64,000 nt of DNA, from assembly GCF_046105845.1 (NCBI RefSeq), contig NZ_CP151004.1, one strand, 5' to 3'. This document shows, in pieces, positions 51,870 through 63,939 of this stretch. The stretch's first letter is position 1. Every line of letters starts with the position of its first letter. The position numbers were made by a program, and so were the translations under genes. The stretch is from Escherichia coli. GTDB lineage: Bacteria > Pseudomonadota > Gammaproteobacteria > Enterobacterales > Enterobacteriaceae. Below the pieces are notes generated by a model. It was not told the origin of the DNA. It worked only from the letters and a program-made list of their open reading frames with translations, and searched no databases.

Positions 51870-54800
51870 TTACTGCGCCTGCACGCGCAACTCTGCTGCG
51901 CTACGACTACGGTGACCCAGCAGTGCTTTTACATCACTGGACTTCGGTTTAACCAGCGCGAATTTCGTGGCGAAGGTTGACCAGTTCGCCAGAATCTCTT
52001 CACCGCGCTGGGAACCGGTATGCTGCACATGCTCGGTGATAAGACCGCGCAGATGCTCTTCATGGATCGCCAGATCGTCAACGCTTAAGACCTCGACCAG
52101 TTCCGGGTTAACGCGTTTGCGGAAATCGCCGCTTTCATCGAGAACGTAAGCGAAGCCTCCGGTCATACCCGCGCCGAAATTCACGCCGGTTTTACCCAGA
52201 ATACAGACAATACCGCCCGTCATATATTCACAGCCATTATCGCCAATGCCTTCTACCACGGTGATAGCACCGGAGTTCCGCACGCCGAAACGTTCACCCG
52301 CGCGGCCTGCGGCATACAGACGACCACCGGTCGCGCCATACAGGCAGGTGTTGCCGATAATACTTGCTTCATGGCTGCGGAAGGCTGAGCCAACCGGAGG
52401 GCGAATGGCGATTAAGCCGCCCGCCATGCCTTTACCGACATAGTCGTTGGCATCACCGGTCAGGTACAGTTCCACGCCGCCCGCGTTCCACACACCGAAG
52501 CTCTGGCCTGCGGTGCCGTTGAAGTACGCTTTGATCGGATCGGCTGCCAGACCCTGATCGCCGTGCGTCTGGGCGATATAGCCTGAAAGCGACGCGCCGA
52601 CAGAACGGTCGGTGTTGCGAATATCGAACCAGAAGGTTTTGCTCTGACGCTCATCGACAAACGGTTTTGCCTGTTGCAGCAACTGTGCGTTCAGCAGGCC
52701 GTTATCAAACGGCGGGTTGTTTTCGGTACAGTAGAGCGCCTTACCTGGATGCGGCTCAGCGGTCTCCAGCAGTTTCGACAGCGCCAGTTTCTGCTGTTTG
52801 GCGGTGAAACCGTCCAGCTCTTTAAGCAGGTCGGTGCGACCAATCAGATCCACCAGCCGCGTTACCCCCAGCTGTGCCATCAGCTCGCGGGTTTCACGTG
52901 CGATAAACTCAAAGTAATTGGTCACCTTGAACGGCAGGCCGTGATAGTGATTCTTACGCAGTTTGTCATCCTGAGTTGCAACACCCGTCGCGCAGTTGTT
53001 CAGATGGCAAATACGCAGATATTTACAACCGAGCGCCACCATCGGGCCAGTGCCGAAGCCGAAGCTTTCTGCGCCGAGAATCGCCGCTTTGATGATATCA
53101 ACGCCGGTTTTCAGGCCGCCATCAACCTGCAAACGGATCTTATGACGCAGACCATTGGCAACCAGCGCCTGTTGGGTTTCAACAAGCCCCAGCTCCCACG
53201 GACAGCCTGCGTATTTCACCGATGAAAGCGGACTTGCGCCGGTGCCGCCGTCATAGCCTGCGATGGTGATTAAATCGGCATAAGCTTTTGCCACGCCAGT
53301 CGCGATGGTGCCTACGCCTGGTTCGGAAACCAGCTTCACGGAGATCATCGCTTTTGGATTGACCTGCTTGAGGTCGAATATCAGCTGCGCTAAATCCTCG
53401 ATAGAGTAGATATCGTGGTGCGGCGGCGGGGAGATCAGCGTCACTCCGGGCACCGAATAGCGCAGTTTGGCAATGTAAGGAGTGACTTTATCACCCGGCA
53501 ATTGACCGCCTTCGCCCGGCTTCGCGCCCTGGGCGACTTTAATCTGAATGACGTCGGCATTGACCAGGTACGCCGGAGTAACACCGAAGCGACCGGACGC
53601 CACCTGCTTGATGCGCGACACTTTGTTAGTGCCATAGCGCGCCGGGTCTTCACCGCCTTCGCCGGAGTTTGAGTTACCGCCGATGCTGTTCATCGCTTCC
53701 GCCAGCGCCTCGTGGGCTTCCGGGCTTAACGCGCCGATAGACATCGCGGCGGTATCGAAGCGTTTAAACAGTTCGCTTGCCGGTTCAACATCAGCAATGT
53801 TGACCGCGTTTTCACCCGGCGTAATTGCCAGCAGATCGCGCAGCGTGGTTGCCGGACGCTCATTAACCAGCTTCGCGTATTCCTGATAGTCGCTATACTC
53901 GCCGCTTTGTACCGCCTGCTGCAGTGTGCGCACCACGTCCGGGTTGTAGGCGTGGTATTCGCCGCCGTGCACGTATTTCAGCAGGCCGCCCTGGCTGATG
54001 GGCTTGCGCGCCAGCCAGGCACGTTTCGACAGATTCAGCAGATCCTGCTGGAAGTCTTCAAAGCTCGCCCCGCCAATGCGGCTAACCGCGCCCTGGAAGC
54101 ACAGGCCTACGACATCATCGTGTAGACCGACCGCTTCAAACAGTTTCGAGCAGCGGTAAGAGGCGATGGTGGAGATGCCCATTTTGGACATGATTTTGTA
54201 CAAGCCTTTGTTGATGCCGTTACGGTAGTTGAGCATCACGGTACGATAATCTTTGGCAATCGCGTGGGTGTCTACCAGGCGGCCCAGCGTTTCATAGGCA
54301 AGGTACGGATAAATAGCCGTCGCACCGAAGCCCAGCAACACGGCGAAGTGGTGCGGATCACGGGCGCTGGCGGTTTCGACGATGATGTTGGCATCGCAAC
54401 GCAGGCTTTGCTCGACCAGACGGGTCTGGATCGCGCCAACCGCCATCGGGGCTGGAACCGGCAGGCGATCTTTAGCGATATTCCTGTCGGAGAGCACCAG
54501 CAACACGGTGCCGCTACGTACCATTTTTTCAGCTTTGTCGCACAGCTCTTTGACCGTCGCTTCGAGCGTGGTTTTGGTGACGTCAAAGGTGATATCCAGT
54601 GTATCTGCGCGGTAGTGCTCCTCTTTCATCGTCGTGAGCTGTTTGAAATCGGAGTAGAGCAGAATCGGCGATTTAAAACTTAAACGGTGCGCCTGGCCCT
54701 CTGCTTCACAGAAGACGTTCATTTCACGCCCGATGCTGGTGGCGAGCGACATAACATGCGCTTCACGCAGTGGGTCGATTGGCGGGTTGGTGACCTGGGC

Positions 54801-56423
54801 AAATTGCTGGCGGAAGTAATCGTAAATAATGCGCGGCTGACTGGAGAGCACGGCGAATGGGGTGTCGTCGCCCATCGAACCGACCGCTTCCTGACCGTTT
54901 TCGCCCAGTACGCGAATTACGGAGTCCAGCTCTTCCGCGCTGTAGTTAAACTGTTTCTGGTAGCTGGCAAGTGTGTCGTCGTCCAGTTCGCGGCTACCTA
55001 CTTCTTCATCGGGCAGATCTTCAAACGGTACCAGTCGGCGGACGTTTTTCTCCATCCACTCTTTATATGGATGGCGGCTTTTCAGATCGTCATCGGTTTC
55101 TGCCGAGTGCAGAATACGCCCACTGCGGGTGTCGATAACCATCAGTTCGCCTGGCCCGACGCGGCCTTTTTCGACCACTTCGTCAGGCTGGTAATCCCAG
55201 ATACCGACTTCAGAGGCGCAGGTGATGAGCTTATCTTTGGTGATGACGTAGCGCGCCGGACGCAGACCGTTACGGTCGAGGTTACAGGCAGCGAAGCGAC
55301 CATCGGACATCACGATGCCCGCCGGACCATCCCACGGCTCCATATGCATGGAGTTAAAGTCAAAGAAGGCACGCAGTTCCGGGTCCATATCCGGGTTGTT
55401 CTGCCAGGCGGGTGGTACTAACAGACGCATGGCGCGGATGATATCCATCCCGCCTGCCAGCAGCAGTTCCAGCATGTTATCCATCGAACTGGAGTCAGAA
55501 CCGGTTTCGTTGACGAACGGCGCGGCGTCGTGCAGGTCAGGGATCAGCGGCGTCTGGAATTTATAGGTACGTGCGCGCGCCCATTGGCGGTTACCGGTGA
55601 TGGTGTTGATTTCACCGTTATGCGCCAGGTAGCGGAACGGCTGCGCCAGCGGCCAGCGCGGTACGGTGTTAGTGGAAAAGCGCTGGTGAAACAGGCAGAT
55701 GGCCGATTCCAGACGCAGGTCCGCGAGGTCCAGGTAGAAGCGCGGCAGATCCGCCGGCATACACAGACCTTTATAGATGTTCACCAGATTCGACAGGCTA
55801 CAGACGTAGAAGTCTTTGTCGGCTTCGAGACGCTTTTCAATGCGGCGGCGGGCGATAAACAGACGGCGCTCCATATCGCGCGGACGCCAGCCTGCCGGGG
55901 CGTTCACAAAAATTTGCTCAATGCGTGGCAGAGAGGAGAGGGCGATTTCACCCAGCACGCCTTCGTTAGTGGGGACATCACGCCAGCCCACAATCGACAA
56001 CGTTTCGCGTTGCAGCTCTTCTTCAACGATGTGGCGTGCGGCAGCAGCGAGTTCAGGATCTTTATTCAGGAATAGCATCCCGACGGCGTAGTTTTTTGCT
56101 AAACGCCAGCCGCGCTCCTGCGCAACGATGCGAAAAAAGCGATCCGGTTTTTGTAACAGCAAGCCGCAACCGTCACCGGTTTTACCATCGGCGAGAATCG
56201 CGCCACGGTGCTGCATGCGGGCCAGTGCGTGTATTGCAGTACGCACTACCTTGTGGCTAGGTTCGCCTTCTATGTGGGCGATCAGGCCGAAACCACAGTT
56301 ATCCCTCTCAAGGGATTTATCGTACAACATATCGTGAACCTCCCCCAGGCTCTGCGGGAACCCCACTTCCGAACCGCTGCGCACGGGCACAGAAAGAGCG
56401 TGGCGACGGGGGTTGCGTGTCAT
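51870..56423 (-). CDS. gltB: glutamate synthase large subunit
   Basis: About 1517-aa product from the ATG at 56423 ([14 protein letters not shown]...), including the propeptide before the Cys of [11 protein letters not shown]. Confidence 0.96.
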   Translation of the reverse strand: MTRNPRRHALSVPVRSGSEVGFPQSLGEVHDMLYDKSLERDNCGFGLIAHIEGEPSHKVVRTAIHALARMQHRGAILADGKTGDGCGLLLQKPDRFFRIVAQERGWRLAKNYAVGMLFLNKDPELAAAARHIVEEELQRETLSIVGWRDVPTNEGVLGEIALSSLPRIEQIFVNAPAGWRPRDMERRLFIARRRIEKRLEADKDFYVCSLSNLVNIYKGLCMPADLPRFYLDLADLRLESAICLFHQRFSTNTVPRWPLAQPFRYLAHNGEINTITGNRQWARARTYKFQTPLIPDLHDAAPFVNETGSDSSSMDNMLELLLAGGMDIIRAMRLLVPPAWQNNPDMDPELRAFFDFNSMHMEPWDGPAGIVMSDGRFAACNLDRNGLRPARYVITKDKLITCASEVGIWDYQPDEVVEKGRVGPGELMVIDTRSGRILHSAETDDDLKSRHPYKEWMEKNVRRLVPFEDLPDEEVGSRELDDDTLASYQKQFNYSAEELDSVIRVLGENGQEAVGSMGDDTPFAVLSSQPRIIYDYFRQQFAQVTNPPIDPLREAHVMSLATSIGREMNVFCEAEGQAHRLSFKSPILLYSDFKQLTTMKEEHYRADTLDITFDVTKTTLEATVKELCDKAEKMVRSGTVLLVLSDRNIAKDRLPVPAPMAVGAIQTRLVEQSLRCDANIIVETASARDPHHFAVLLGFGATAIYPYLAYETLGRLVDTHAIAKDYRTVMLNYRNGINKGLYKIMSKMGISTIASYRCSKLFEAVGLHDDVVGLCFQGAVSRIGGASFEDFQQDLLNLSKRAWLARKPISQGGLLKYVHGGEYHAYNPDVVRTLQQAVQSGEYSDYQEYAKLVNERPATTLRDLLAITPGENAVNIADVEPASELFKRFDTAAMSIGALSPEAHEALAEAMNSIGGNSNSGEGGEDPARYGTNKVSRIKQVASGRFGVTPAYLVNADVIQIKVAQGAKPGEGGQLPGDKVTPYIAKLRYSVPGVTLISPPPHHDIYSIEDLAQLIFDLKQVNPKAMISVKLVSEPGVGTIATGVAKAYADLITIAGYDGGTGASPLSSVKYAGCPWELGLVETQQALVANGLRHKIRLQVDGGLKTGVDIIKAAILGAESFGFGTGPMVALGCKYLRICHLNNCATGVATQDDKLRKNHYHGLPFKVTNYFEFIARETRELMAQLGVTRLVDLIGRTDLLKELDGFTAKQQKLALSKLLETAEPHPGKALYCTENNPPFDNGLLNAQLLQQAKPFVDERQSKTFWFDIRNTDRSVGASLSGYIAQTHGDQGLAADPIKAYFNGTAGQSFGVWNAGGVELYLTGDANDYVGKGMAGGLIAIRPPVGSAFRSHEASIIGNTCLYGATGGRLYAAGRAGERFGVRNSGAITVVEGIGDNGCEYMTGGIVCILGKTGVNFGAGMTGGFAYVLDESGDFRKRVNPELVEVLSVDDLAIHEEHLRGLITEHVQHTGSQRGEEILANWSTFATKFALVKPKSSDVKALLGHRSRSAAELRVQAQ

Positions 56424-57004
56424 ACGCGCGCCTCGCATTCGCCCCCTTGTTGTCCTTTTCGCATCGGTTAATACGGTGAAGAGGGGATCTCAATTACTGC
56501 ATAAATATGATGAGCAGGCTGCTCATCCAGAAAGCTTCCAGCGGATTTCCAACTTATCGGGAAAGCTGATACAGGTCAAATGGCAAGCTTATTGGTACAG
56601 AAATGTGCTTTAGCGCAAAATTCTTTATTAAATGGCTGAAATTAAAATAGATTTTATCTTTAAGGCTAAAAGGGAAGTCGTTAGAGAAACAGTCAATTCC
56701 TGACTGTCATAAAGGCGTGTTAACCCTTATCCTGCCTTGAACTGACGAGAAAACCAGCATTTTATACTGCCTTAATTGATAATGACGTTTCATGCTACTG
56801 TTTTTGCCTAAAATCCATAAGGAGATAAAAAAATCTGACACAAGATAAGCAAAAGTGATTTATGTGATTATGCATGAAATTTCGGTAATTTTGATTGATT
56901 ATGCAGTTGATAAAAGCAGGCCGGGACGATTGATCCAGGTCATCGCCGAATTGGGCTAAAAATGGCAGGCTTTGGCCTCTTTTCAAGGCGCGGTCTATCA
57001 GATT
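56424..57004. promoter_or_regulatory. divergent gltB / yhcC promoter region
   Basis: 580-bp AT-rich intergenic region between divergent starts; contains a 19-bp perfect palindrome at 56509-56527. Confidence 0.5.
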
Positions 57005-57934
57005 ATGCAGTTACAGAAATTAGTCAATATGTTTGGTGGTGATCTCACCCGTCGTTATGGGCAAAAGGTGCATAAGCTGACGCTGCACGGCGGTTTTAGC
57101 TGCCCTAACCGTGACGGTACCATCGGGCGTGGTGGCTGCACATTCTGTAATGTTGCCTCGTTTGCCGATGAAGCGCAGCAACATCGTTCCATTGCCGAAC
57201 AACTGGCGCACCAGGCGAATTTAGTTAACCGCGCTAAACGCTATCTGGCCTACTTTCAGGCGTATACCAGCACCTTTGCGGAAGTTCAGGTGCTGCGTTC
57301 TATGTATCAGCAGGCGGTGAGCCAGGCCAATATTGTCGGTTTGTGTGTTGGTACCCGCCCGGACTGCGTGCCGGATGCAGTGCTGGATCTGCTTTGTGAA
57401 TATAAAGACCAGGGCTACGAAGTGTGGCTGGAGCTGGGGCTACAAACCGCCCACGACAAAACGCTACATCGCATTAATCGCGGTCATGATTTTGCCTGCT
57501 ATCAGCGCACGACGCAGCTGGCGCGTGAGCGCGGGCTGAAGGTGTGTTCTCACTTAATTGTCGGCCTGCCTGGCGAAGGGCAGGCTGAATGTTTGCAAAC
57601 GCTGGAGCGAGTGGTTGAAACCGGCGTGGACGGCATAAAGCTGCATCCGCTGCATATAGTAAAAGGCAGCATTATGGCGAAAGCCTGGGAAGCGGGGCGT
57701 TTGAATGGTATTGAACTGGAGGATTACACGCTCACTGCCGGAGAAATGATTCGCCATACGCCACCGGAAGTGATCTACCACCGCATTTCCGCCAGCGCCC
57801 GTCGCCCGACGCTGCTTGCTCCGCTGTGGTGCGAAAATCGATGGACGGGAATGGTCGAGCTGGATCGCTATCTGAATGAACATGGCGTACAGGGATCGGC
57901 GCTGGGACGTCCGTGGCTACCTCCTACGGAGTAG
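57005..57934 (+). CDS. yhcC: radical-SAM family protein YhcC
   Basis: 309-aa product (MQLQKLVNMFGG...) with a CPNRDGTIGRGGCTFC cysteine motif; start at the internal ATG. Confidence 0.9.
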   Translation: MQLQKLVNMFGGDLTRRYGQKVHKLTLHGGFSCPNRDGTIGRGGCTFCNVASFADEAQQHRSIAEQLAHQANLVNRAKRYLAYFQAYTSTFAEVQVLRSMYQQAVSQANIVGLCVGTRPDCVPDAVLDLLCEYKDQGYEVWLELGLQTAHDKTLHRINRGHDFACYQRTTQLARERGLKVCSHLIVGLPGEGQAECLQTLERVVETGVDGIKLHPLHIVKGSIMAKAWEAGRLNGIELEDYTLTAGEMIRHTPPEVIYHRISASARRPTLLAPLWCENRWTGMVELDRYLNEHGVQGSALGRPWLPPTE

Positions 57935-58029
57935 GTCATTGAGGGGAATTCCGCATTTCTCACACAATTTATAACGTAACTGTCAGAATTGGGTATTATT
58001 GGGGCAGGTTGTCGTGAAGGAATTCCCTA

Positions 58030-60366
58030 ATGAAGCAAATTCGTCTGCTGGCGCAGTATTATGTTGACCTGATGATGAAGTTAGGTCTGGTGCGCTTCTC
58101 AATGTTGCTGGCGCTGGCCCTCGTCGTTCTTGCCATTGTGGTACAAATGGCGGTAACCATGGTGCTGCATGGTCAGGTCGAAAGCATTGATGTTATTCGT
58201 TCTATCTTCTTTGGTTTGCTGATTACGCCGTGGGCGGTCTACTTTCTATCGGTGGTCGTCGAGCAACTGGAGGAGTCACGGCAACGTCTGTCACGGCTGG
58301 TGCAAAAACTGGAGGAGATGCGCGAGCGCGATTTGAGCCTCAACGTTCAGTTAAAAGATAATATTGCCCAGCTAAATCAGGAAATCGCCGTTCGTGAAAA
58401 AGCGGAAGCAGAACTGCAGGAAACCTTCGGCCAACTGAAAATTGAAATCAAAGAGCGCGAAGAGACACAAATTCAGCTCGAGCAGCAATCCTCATTCTTA
58501 CGTTCCTTCCTTGACGCTTCACCCGACCTGGTTTTTTATCGTAACGAAGATAAAGAGTTTTCCGGCTGTAACCGCGCGATGGAGCTGCTGACCGGAAAAA
58601 GCGAAAAACAACTGGTTCACCTGAAACCTGCTGATGTTTACTCACCGGAAGCCGCTGCGAAAGTCATTGAAACCGATGAAAAAGTGTTCCGTCATAATGT
58701 GTCACTGACCTATGAGCAGTGGCTGGATTATCCCGACGGACGCAAAGCCTGCTTTGAAATTCGTAAAGTGCCGTACTACGACCGCGTGGGTAAACGTCAC
58801 GGTTTGATGGGCTTTGGTCGCGACATTACCGAGCGTAAGCGGTATCAGGATGCGCTTGAACGGGCCAGCCGCGACAAAACGACGTTTATCTCCACCATCA
58901 GTCACGAATTGCGTACACCGCTGAACGGTATCGTCGGCCTGAGCCGCATCCTACTGGATACCGAACTCACCGCCGAGCAGGAAAAATATCTCAAAACCAT
59001 CCATGTTTCGGCCGTCACGCTCGGGAATATCTTCAACGATATTATCGACATGGATAAGATGGAACGGCGTAAGGTCCAGCTTGATAATCAGCCGGTTGAT
59101 TTCACCAGCTTCCTTGCCGATCTGGAAAATCTCTCCGCATTGCAGGCGCAACAAAAAGGATTGCGCTTTAATCTGGAGCCTACGCTGCCATTACCGCATC
59201 AGGTCATTACCGACGGGACGCGTTTACGGCAGATCCTGTGGAACCTCATCAGTAACGCCGTCAAATTCACCCAGCAAGGCCAGGTTACTGTGCGCGTGCG
59301 CTACGATGAAGGCGATATGCTGCATTTTGAAGTGGAAGACTCTGGTATCGGCATTCCGCAAGATGAGCTGGATAAAATCTTCGCCATGTATTACCAGGTG
59401 AAAGACAGTCATGGCGGTAAACCTGCCACCGGCACCGGTATTGGTCTGGCCGTTTCTCGTCGTCTGGCGAAAAATATGGGCGGCGATATTACGGTTACCA
59501 GCGAACAGGGCAAAGGTTCAACCTTTACGTTGACGATCCACGCACCGTCGGTAGCAGAAGAGGTTGATGATGCGTTTGATGAAGACGATATGCCTTTACC
59601 GGCGCTGAATGTGCTGCTGGTGGAAGATATTGAACTGAACGTGATTGTCGCACGCTCTGTGCTGGAAAAATTAGGTAACAGCGTTGATGTCGCCATGACC
59701 GGCAAGGCGGCGCTGGAAATGTTTAAACCGGGCGAATACGACCTGGTGTTGCTGGATATTCAGTTGCCAGATATGACCGGGCTGGATATCTCTCGTGAAC
59801 TGACGAAGCGTTATCCGCGCGAGGATTTACCGCCGCTGGTGGCCTTAACCGCTAACGTGCTGAAAGACAAGCAAGAGTACCTCAATGCTGGAATGGATGA
59901 TGTGCTGAGTAAGCCGCTTTCTGTTCCGGCGCTAACCGCGATGATCAAGAAATTCTGGGATACCCAGGATGATGAGGAAAGTACGGTGACGACAGAAGAG
60001 AACAGTAAATCAGAAGCATTGCTCGATATTCCCATGCTGGAACAGTATCTCGAACTTGTAGGACCGAAGCTGATCACCGACGGGTTAGCGGTGTTTGAGA
60101 AGATGATGCCGGGCTATGTCAGCGTGCTGGAGTCGAATCTGACGGCGCAGGATAAAAAAGGCATTGTTGAGGAAGGACATAAAATTAAAGGTGCGGCGGG
60201 GTCAGTGGGGTTACGCCATCTGCAACAGCTGGGTCAGCAAATTCAGTCTCCTGACCTTCCCGCCTGGGAAGATAACGTCGGTGAATGGATTGAAGAGATG
60301 AAAGAAGAGTGGCGTCACGACGTAGAAGTGCTGAAAGCGTGGGTGGCAAAAGCCACTAAAAAATGA
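58030..60366 (+). CDS. arcB: aerobic respiration control sensor kinase ArcB
   Basis: 778-aa ORF with two transmembrane segments, PAS, a histidine-kinase H-box (ISHELRTPLN), receiver and HPt domains. Confidence 0.96.
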   Translation: MKQIRLLAQYYVDLMMKLGLVRFSMLLALALVVLAIVVQMAVTMVLHGQVESIDVIRSIFFGLLITPWAVYFLSVVVEQLEESRQRLSRLVQKLEEMRERDLSLNVQLKDNIAQLNQEIAVREKAEAELQETFGQLKIEIKEREETQIQLEQQSSFLRSFLDASPDLVFYRNEDKEFSGCNRAMELLTGKSEKQLVHLKPADVYSPEAAAKVIETDEKVFRHNVSLTYEQWLDYPDGRKACFEIRKVPYYDRVGKRHGLMGFGRDITERKRYQDALERASRDKTTFISTISHELRTPLNGIVGLSRILLDTELTAEQEKYLKTIHVSAVTLGNIFNDIIDMDKMERRKVQLDNQPVDFTSFLADLENLSALQAQQKGLRFNLEPTLPLPHQVITDGTRLRQILWNLISNAVKFTQQGQVTVRVRYDEGDMLHFEVEDSGIGIPQDELDKIFAMYYQVKDSHGGKPATGTGIGLAVSRRLAKNMGGDITVTSEQGKGSTFTLTIHAPSVAEEVDDAFDEDDMPLPALNVLLVEDIELNVIVARSVLEKLGNSVDVAMTGKAALEMFKPGEYDLVLLDIQLPDMTGLDISRELTKRYPREDLPPLVALTANVLKDKQEYLNAGMDDVLSKPLSVPALTAMIKKFWDTQDDEESTVTTEENSKSEALLDIPMLEQYLELVGPKLITDGLAVFEKMMPGYVSVLESNLTAQDKKGIVEEGHKIKGAAGSVGLRHLQQLGQQIQSPDLPAWEDNVGEWIEEMKEEWRHDVEVLKAWVAKATKK

Positions 60367-60478
60367 CCCCGGCTAGACCGGGGTGCGCGAATACTGCGCC
60401 AACACCAGGGAAATCTTGGCTGCGCCGTAAATTATTATGATGAGTTACAAGGGCACAGCACTGTTTTTCAGGCCGCAC
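60358..60478 (-). ncRNA. arcZ: Hfq-dependent sRNA ArcZ (RyhA/SraH)
   Basis: The minus-strand sequence GTGCGGCCTGAAAAACAGTGCTGTGCCC...CACCCCGGTCTAGCCGGGGTCATTTTTT matches ArcZ as I remember it, with its terminator hairpin and U6; its 3' end overlaps the arcB stop codon. Confidence 0.9.
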
Positions 60479-60595
60479 GCAGTTAAGATAGCAAAACTTA
60501 AATGATTTGTTACATGAATCAGTTAAATGTGTGATGCGTAGCATTTTTATTAAAAAAATTAATGTGTTTCAGTCAATTGCGAAAGGATGATCACA

Positions 60596-61249
60596 ATGAA
60601 GAAAATTGGCGTAATTCTGAGCGGATGCGGCGTCTATGACGGTTCTGAAATTCATGAAGCGGTGTTGACGTTGTTAGCTATTTCACGCAGCGGTGCGCAG
60701 GCGGTCTGCTTTGCACCGGATAAGCAGCAGGTTGATGTTATCAACCATTTAACGGGCGAAGCGATGACGGAAACGCGCAATGTGCTGATTGAAGCGGCAC
60801 GAATAACGCGCGGTGAAATCCGTCCTCTGGCTCAGGCCGATGCCGCTGAACTGGATGCGTTGATTGTGCCGGGGGGGTTTGGCGCGGCGAAGAATTTAAG
60901 CAATTTTGCCAGTCTTGGTAGCGAATGCACCGTTGACCGTGAATTAAAGGCGCTGGCACAAGCGATGCATCAGGCCGGAAAACCGCTTGGTTTTATGTGT
61001 ATTGCCCCGGCGATGCTGCCGAAAATTTTCGATTTCCCGCTGCGTTTGACCATCGGTACTGATATCGATACCGCAGAAGTGCTGGAAGAGATGGGCGCGG
61101 AGCATGTGCCGTGTCCTGTCGATGATATCGTGGTTGATGAAGACAATAAGATTGTCACCACCCCGGCATATATGCTGGCGCAGAACATTGCAGAAGCGGC
61201 GAGCGGCATTGATAAGCTGATTTCCCGCGTGCTGGTTCTGGCTGAATGA
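60596..61249 (+). CDS. elbB: DJ-1/PfpI-family protein ElbB (YhbL)
   Basis: 217-aa product ([23 protein letters not shown]...); AGGA Shine-Dalgarno 8 nt upstream of the ATG at 60596. Confidence 0.92.
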   Translation: MKKIGVILSGCGVYDGSEIHEAVLTLLAISRSGAQAVCFAPDKQQVDVINHLTGEAMTETRNVLIEAARITRGEIRPLAQADAAELDALIVPGGFGAAKNLSNFASLGSECTVDRELKALAQAMHQAGKPLGFMCIAPAMLPKIFDFPLRLTIGTDIDTAEVLEEMGAEHVPCPVDDIVVDEDNKIVTTPAYMLAQNIAEAASGIDKLISRVLVLAE

Positions 61250-61974
61250 GTAAAAGCCGCTTAACGGTGTTTAGTTTCATTCGCCGTTTTCTTCTGCGGT
61301 TAATGGTTGTCCTCGCCGTTTTCTGGGGCGGGGGCATCGCGTTGTTTAGCGTTGCGCCTGTTCCTTTCTCAGCGGTAATGGCCGAGCGACAAGTCAGCGC
61401 CTGGCTGCATGGCAATTTTCGTTACGTGGCACATTCTGACTGGGTCAGTATGGATCAAATTTCGCCGTGGATGGGACTGGCGGTGATTGCCGCAGAAGAT
61501 CAGAAGTTTCCTGAGCACTGGGGCTTTGATGTCGCCTCCATTGAGCAAGCCCTGGCCCACAACGAGCGCAATGAAAACCGTATTCGCGGTGCGTCAACGA
61601 TTTCTCAGCAGACAGCCAAAAATCTCTTTTTATGGGATGGGCGTAGCTGGGTTCGAAAAGGGCTGGAAGCTGGATTAACGCTGGGGATAGAAACAGTCTG
61701 GAGCAAAAAGCGTATCCTGACGGTTTACCTGAATATCGCCGAATTTGGCGACGGTGTGTTTGGCGTCGAAGCTGCGGCACAACGTTATTTCCACAAACCC
61801 GCGAGCAAACTTACCCGGTCGGAAGCTGCATTACTGGCAGCTGTATTACCTAATCCACTTCGTTTCAAAGTCTCCGCGCCATCGGGCTACGTGCGTGGCC
61901 GTCAGGCGTGGATTTTACGGCAGATGTATCAGTTAGGCGGTGAGTCGTTTATGCAACAGCACCAGCTGGATTAA
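61246..61974 (+). CDS. mtgA: monofunctional peptidoglycan glycosyltransferase
   Basis: 242-aa ORF with an N-terminal membrane anchor and a transglycosylase motif (RGASTISQQ); overlaps the elbB stop. Confidence 0.93.
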   Translation: MSKSRLTVFSFIRRFLLRLMVVLAVFWGGGIALFSVAPVPFSAVMAERQVSAWLHGNFRYVAHSDWVSMDQISPWMGLAVIAAEDQKFPEHWGFDVASIEQALAHNERNENRIRGASTISQQTAKNLFLWDGRSWVRKGLEAGLTLGIETVWSKKRILTVYLNIAEFGDGVFGVEAAAQRYFHKPASKLTRSEAALLAAVLPNPLRFKVSAPSGYVRGRQAWILRQMYQLGGESFMQQHQLD

Positions 61975-62603
61975 GCTTCGCGCGAAGTGAGGGCCAGCGT
62001 TTTGCTCTCACGAGGTTGCAGATCTTTCTGCAGGGCAATAGCCAGCGCCGGTTGGGCGATAAATCGTTTCCATAACCGCTCTTGCTTACGCAGACAACAC
62101 CACTTCGACCAGGTCGCCAGTGGAATCAATGTGCTTTCACCAATGTTGTCGCAGACGACTGGGATAACCTCTGACTCACTGATGCGGTGACAGAGGATAT
62201 TCTGCGGCTTCAGCGACATCGTCACGATACGGTTATCCTGCAAATAACGCTTCAGCTGTTTCAGTAACTGGCGCAGTTGTGCAATGTCTTCTTCGTAACG
62301 GCATTGTTCTGCAAATTCGGTCAGCGTAATGGAAGGCTTGCCGTCGAAATCGGCAATCACATCGTAGACATAACCGGTTCCGCAATCCGTCTCAACGGTA
62401 CCGTGATAGCGCGGTATTCCACTCCAGTCTTTTAACCGGCGACCAAGATGCGCGTAGTACTTTAACTCACGGCGGATCTCTTTATCGCCACCATCGCCAC
62501 GATGGTAGACAATCTTGATACAGCGTTGGGCATCTTCCGGATGCGCATAACATTTCCGATGTCTTCCGGTGCCCAGGGGACTTTGTTCAGATAAGCGAAT
62601 CAT
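61971..62603 (-). CDS. yrbL: PhoP-regulated protein YrbL
   Basis: 210-aa ORF recognised as YrbL; convergent with mtgA, with a 4-nt overlap of the gene ends. Confidence 0.88.
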   Translation of the reverse strand: MIRLSEQSPLGTGRHRKCYAHPEDAQRCIKIVYHRGDGGDKEIRRELKYYAHLGRRLKDWSGIPRYHGTVETDCGTGYVYDVIADFDGKPSITLTEFAEQCRYEEDIAQLRQLLKQLKRYLQDNRIVTMSLKPQNILCHRISESEVIPVVCDNIGESTLIPLATWSKWCCLRKQERLWKRFIAQPALAIALQKDLQPRESKTLALTSREA

Positions 62604-62653
62604 GCCATCTCCTGGAAATATTTTCTGACGATCTCCAGTATGGTCGATTAACT

Positions 62654-62670
62654 TAAACGAAACCTAAACA
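62654..62670 (-). promoter_or_regulatory. PhoP box upstream of yrbL
   Basis: The minus strand reads TGTTTA-GGTTT-CGTTTA, a direct hexamer repeat with a 5-nt spacer, 51-67 nt upstream of the yrbL ATG. Confidence 0.6.
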
Positions 62671-62815
62671 ATGCTTCTTAAGGTTTTCTTAAGGTTCTTC
62701 TGAAAGTAAAAAGCGCACGAAATGTACAATTGACGTTGATTGAGAACGATTTCAGTACGCGCTTTTCTTATTGCCGGGGGAGCTTGAAGGGATTTGAATG
62801 TCAAAGTGATGAAGA

Positions 62816-63088
62816 TTAATCTTCATCAAAACCAGAGTTAAAGAGGGCGATAACGGCGGCCAGTGCTTCCTCTTCCTGTGGACCGGTCGCTTCAACTTCA
62901 ATCTGCCGTCCTTTGGCAGAATCCAACATCAGCAGCGCAATAACGCTGTTGGCTTCAGCCTCGGTGCCTTCGTCATTACGTAACAGCACTTCAGCGTCAA
63001 AACCTTGCATTAATTCAAACAGCTTCATTGCAGGCCGGGCATGCATGCCCAGCTTGTTTGTGATTTCAACAGTTTGCTTGACGGTCAT
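62816..63088 (-). CDS. npr: nitrogen-PTS phosphocarrier protein NPr
   Basis: 90-aa HPr-like ORF ([20 protein letters not shown]...), with the active-site His in GMHARPA. Confidence 0.93.
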
Positions 63089-63939
63089 GGTTTACGTTTT
63101 TCCAGCGTACGATGGCGTGACTGGACATTTTTACCGCGCGAGCGGAAGTAGTCTGCCAGTTGCTCTGCAATATACACCGAACGGTGCTTCCCGCCGGTAC
63201 AACCAATGGCGACCGTCAGGTAGCTACGGTTGTTGGTTTCCAGCATAGGTAACCATAGCTCAAGATAGCTTCGCGTCTGGTAGATAAAATTGTGTACTTC
63301 TGTGTGGCGGTCGAGGAACGCGGCGACAGGTTTATCAAGACCTGTCATTGGACGCAGTTTCGGATCCCAGTGCGGGTTCGGCAAGAAGCGCACGTCAAAG
63401 ACGTAATCTGCATCGATAGGGATACCGTGTTTGAAGCCGAAAGACTCAAAGACCATGGTCAGTTCGCGTTCACGTTTACCCAGCAGACGGGTACGCAGCA
63501 TTTCAGCCAGCTCGTGAACGGACATTTCTGAGGTATCGACAATCAGATCCGCTCGCGAACGCAGAGGCTCCAGCAAATCGCTTTCTTTGTCGATAGCACT
63601 TTCCAGCGACAGGTTTTTGCTGGAAAGCGGATGCAGTCGGCGCGTGTCACTGTAACGACGAATTAAGGTATTACGGTCGGCATCCAGGAACAGTAGTTGC
63701 GGTGAGAAAGCGTCAGGCAGGTTACTCATCGCCTGTTCGAATATTTCTGGTGACTCCGGCATATTACGAACATCAATGCTGACGGCGGCAGAAATCTCGC
63801 GATCGGCCAGGGTTCGAGCCAGATCGGGTAACAACACTACGGGAAGGTTATCCACGCAGTAAAAACCCATATCTTCCAGCGCACGCAGGGCGACAGATTT
63901 ACCTGAACCTGAACGTCCGCTGACGATCATCAGTACCAT
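63085..63939 (-). CDS. rapZ: RNase adaptor protein RapZ (YhbJ)
   Basis: 284-aa ORF with a P-loop GRSGSGKS; overlaps the npr start by 4 nt. Confidence 0.94.

Noticed and set aside
52674-55421. Several 100-240-aa plus-strand ORFs inside gltB (for example 52674-53225 and 54687-55421)
   Set aside because: All are antisense to the glutamate synthase large-subunit frame and have no ribosome-binding sites.
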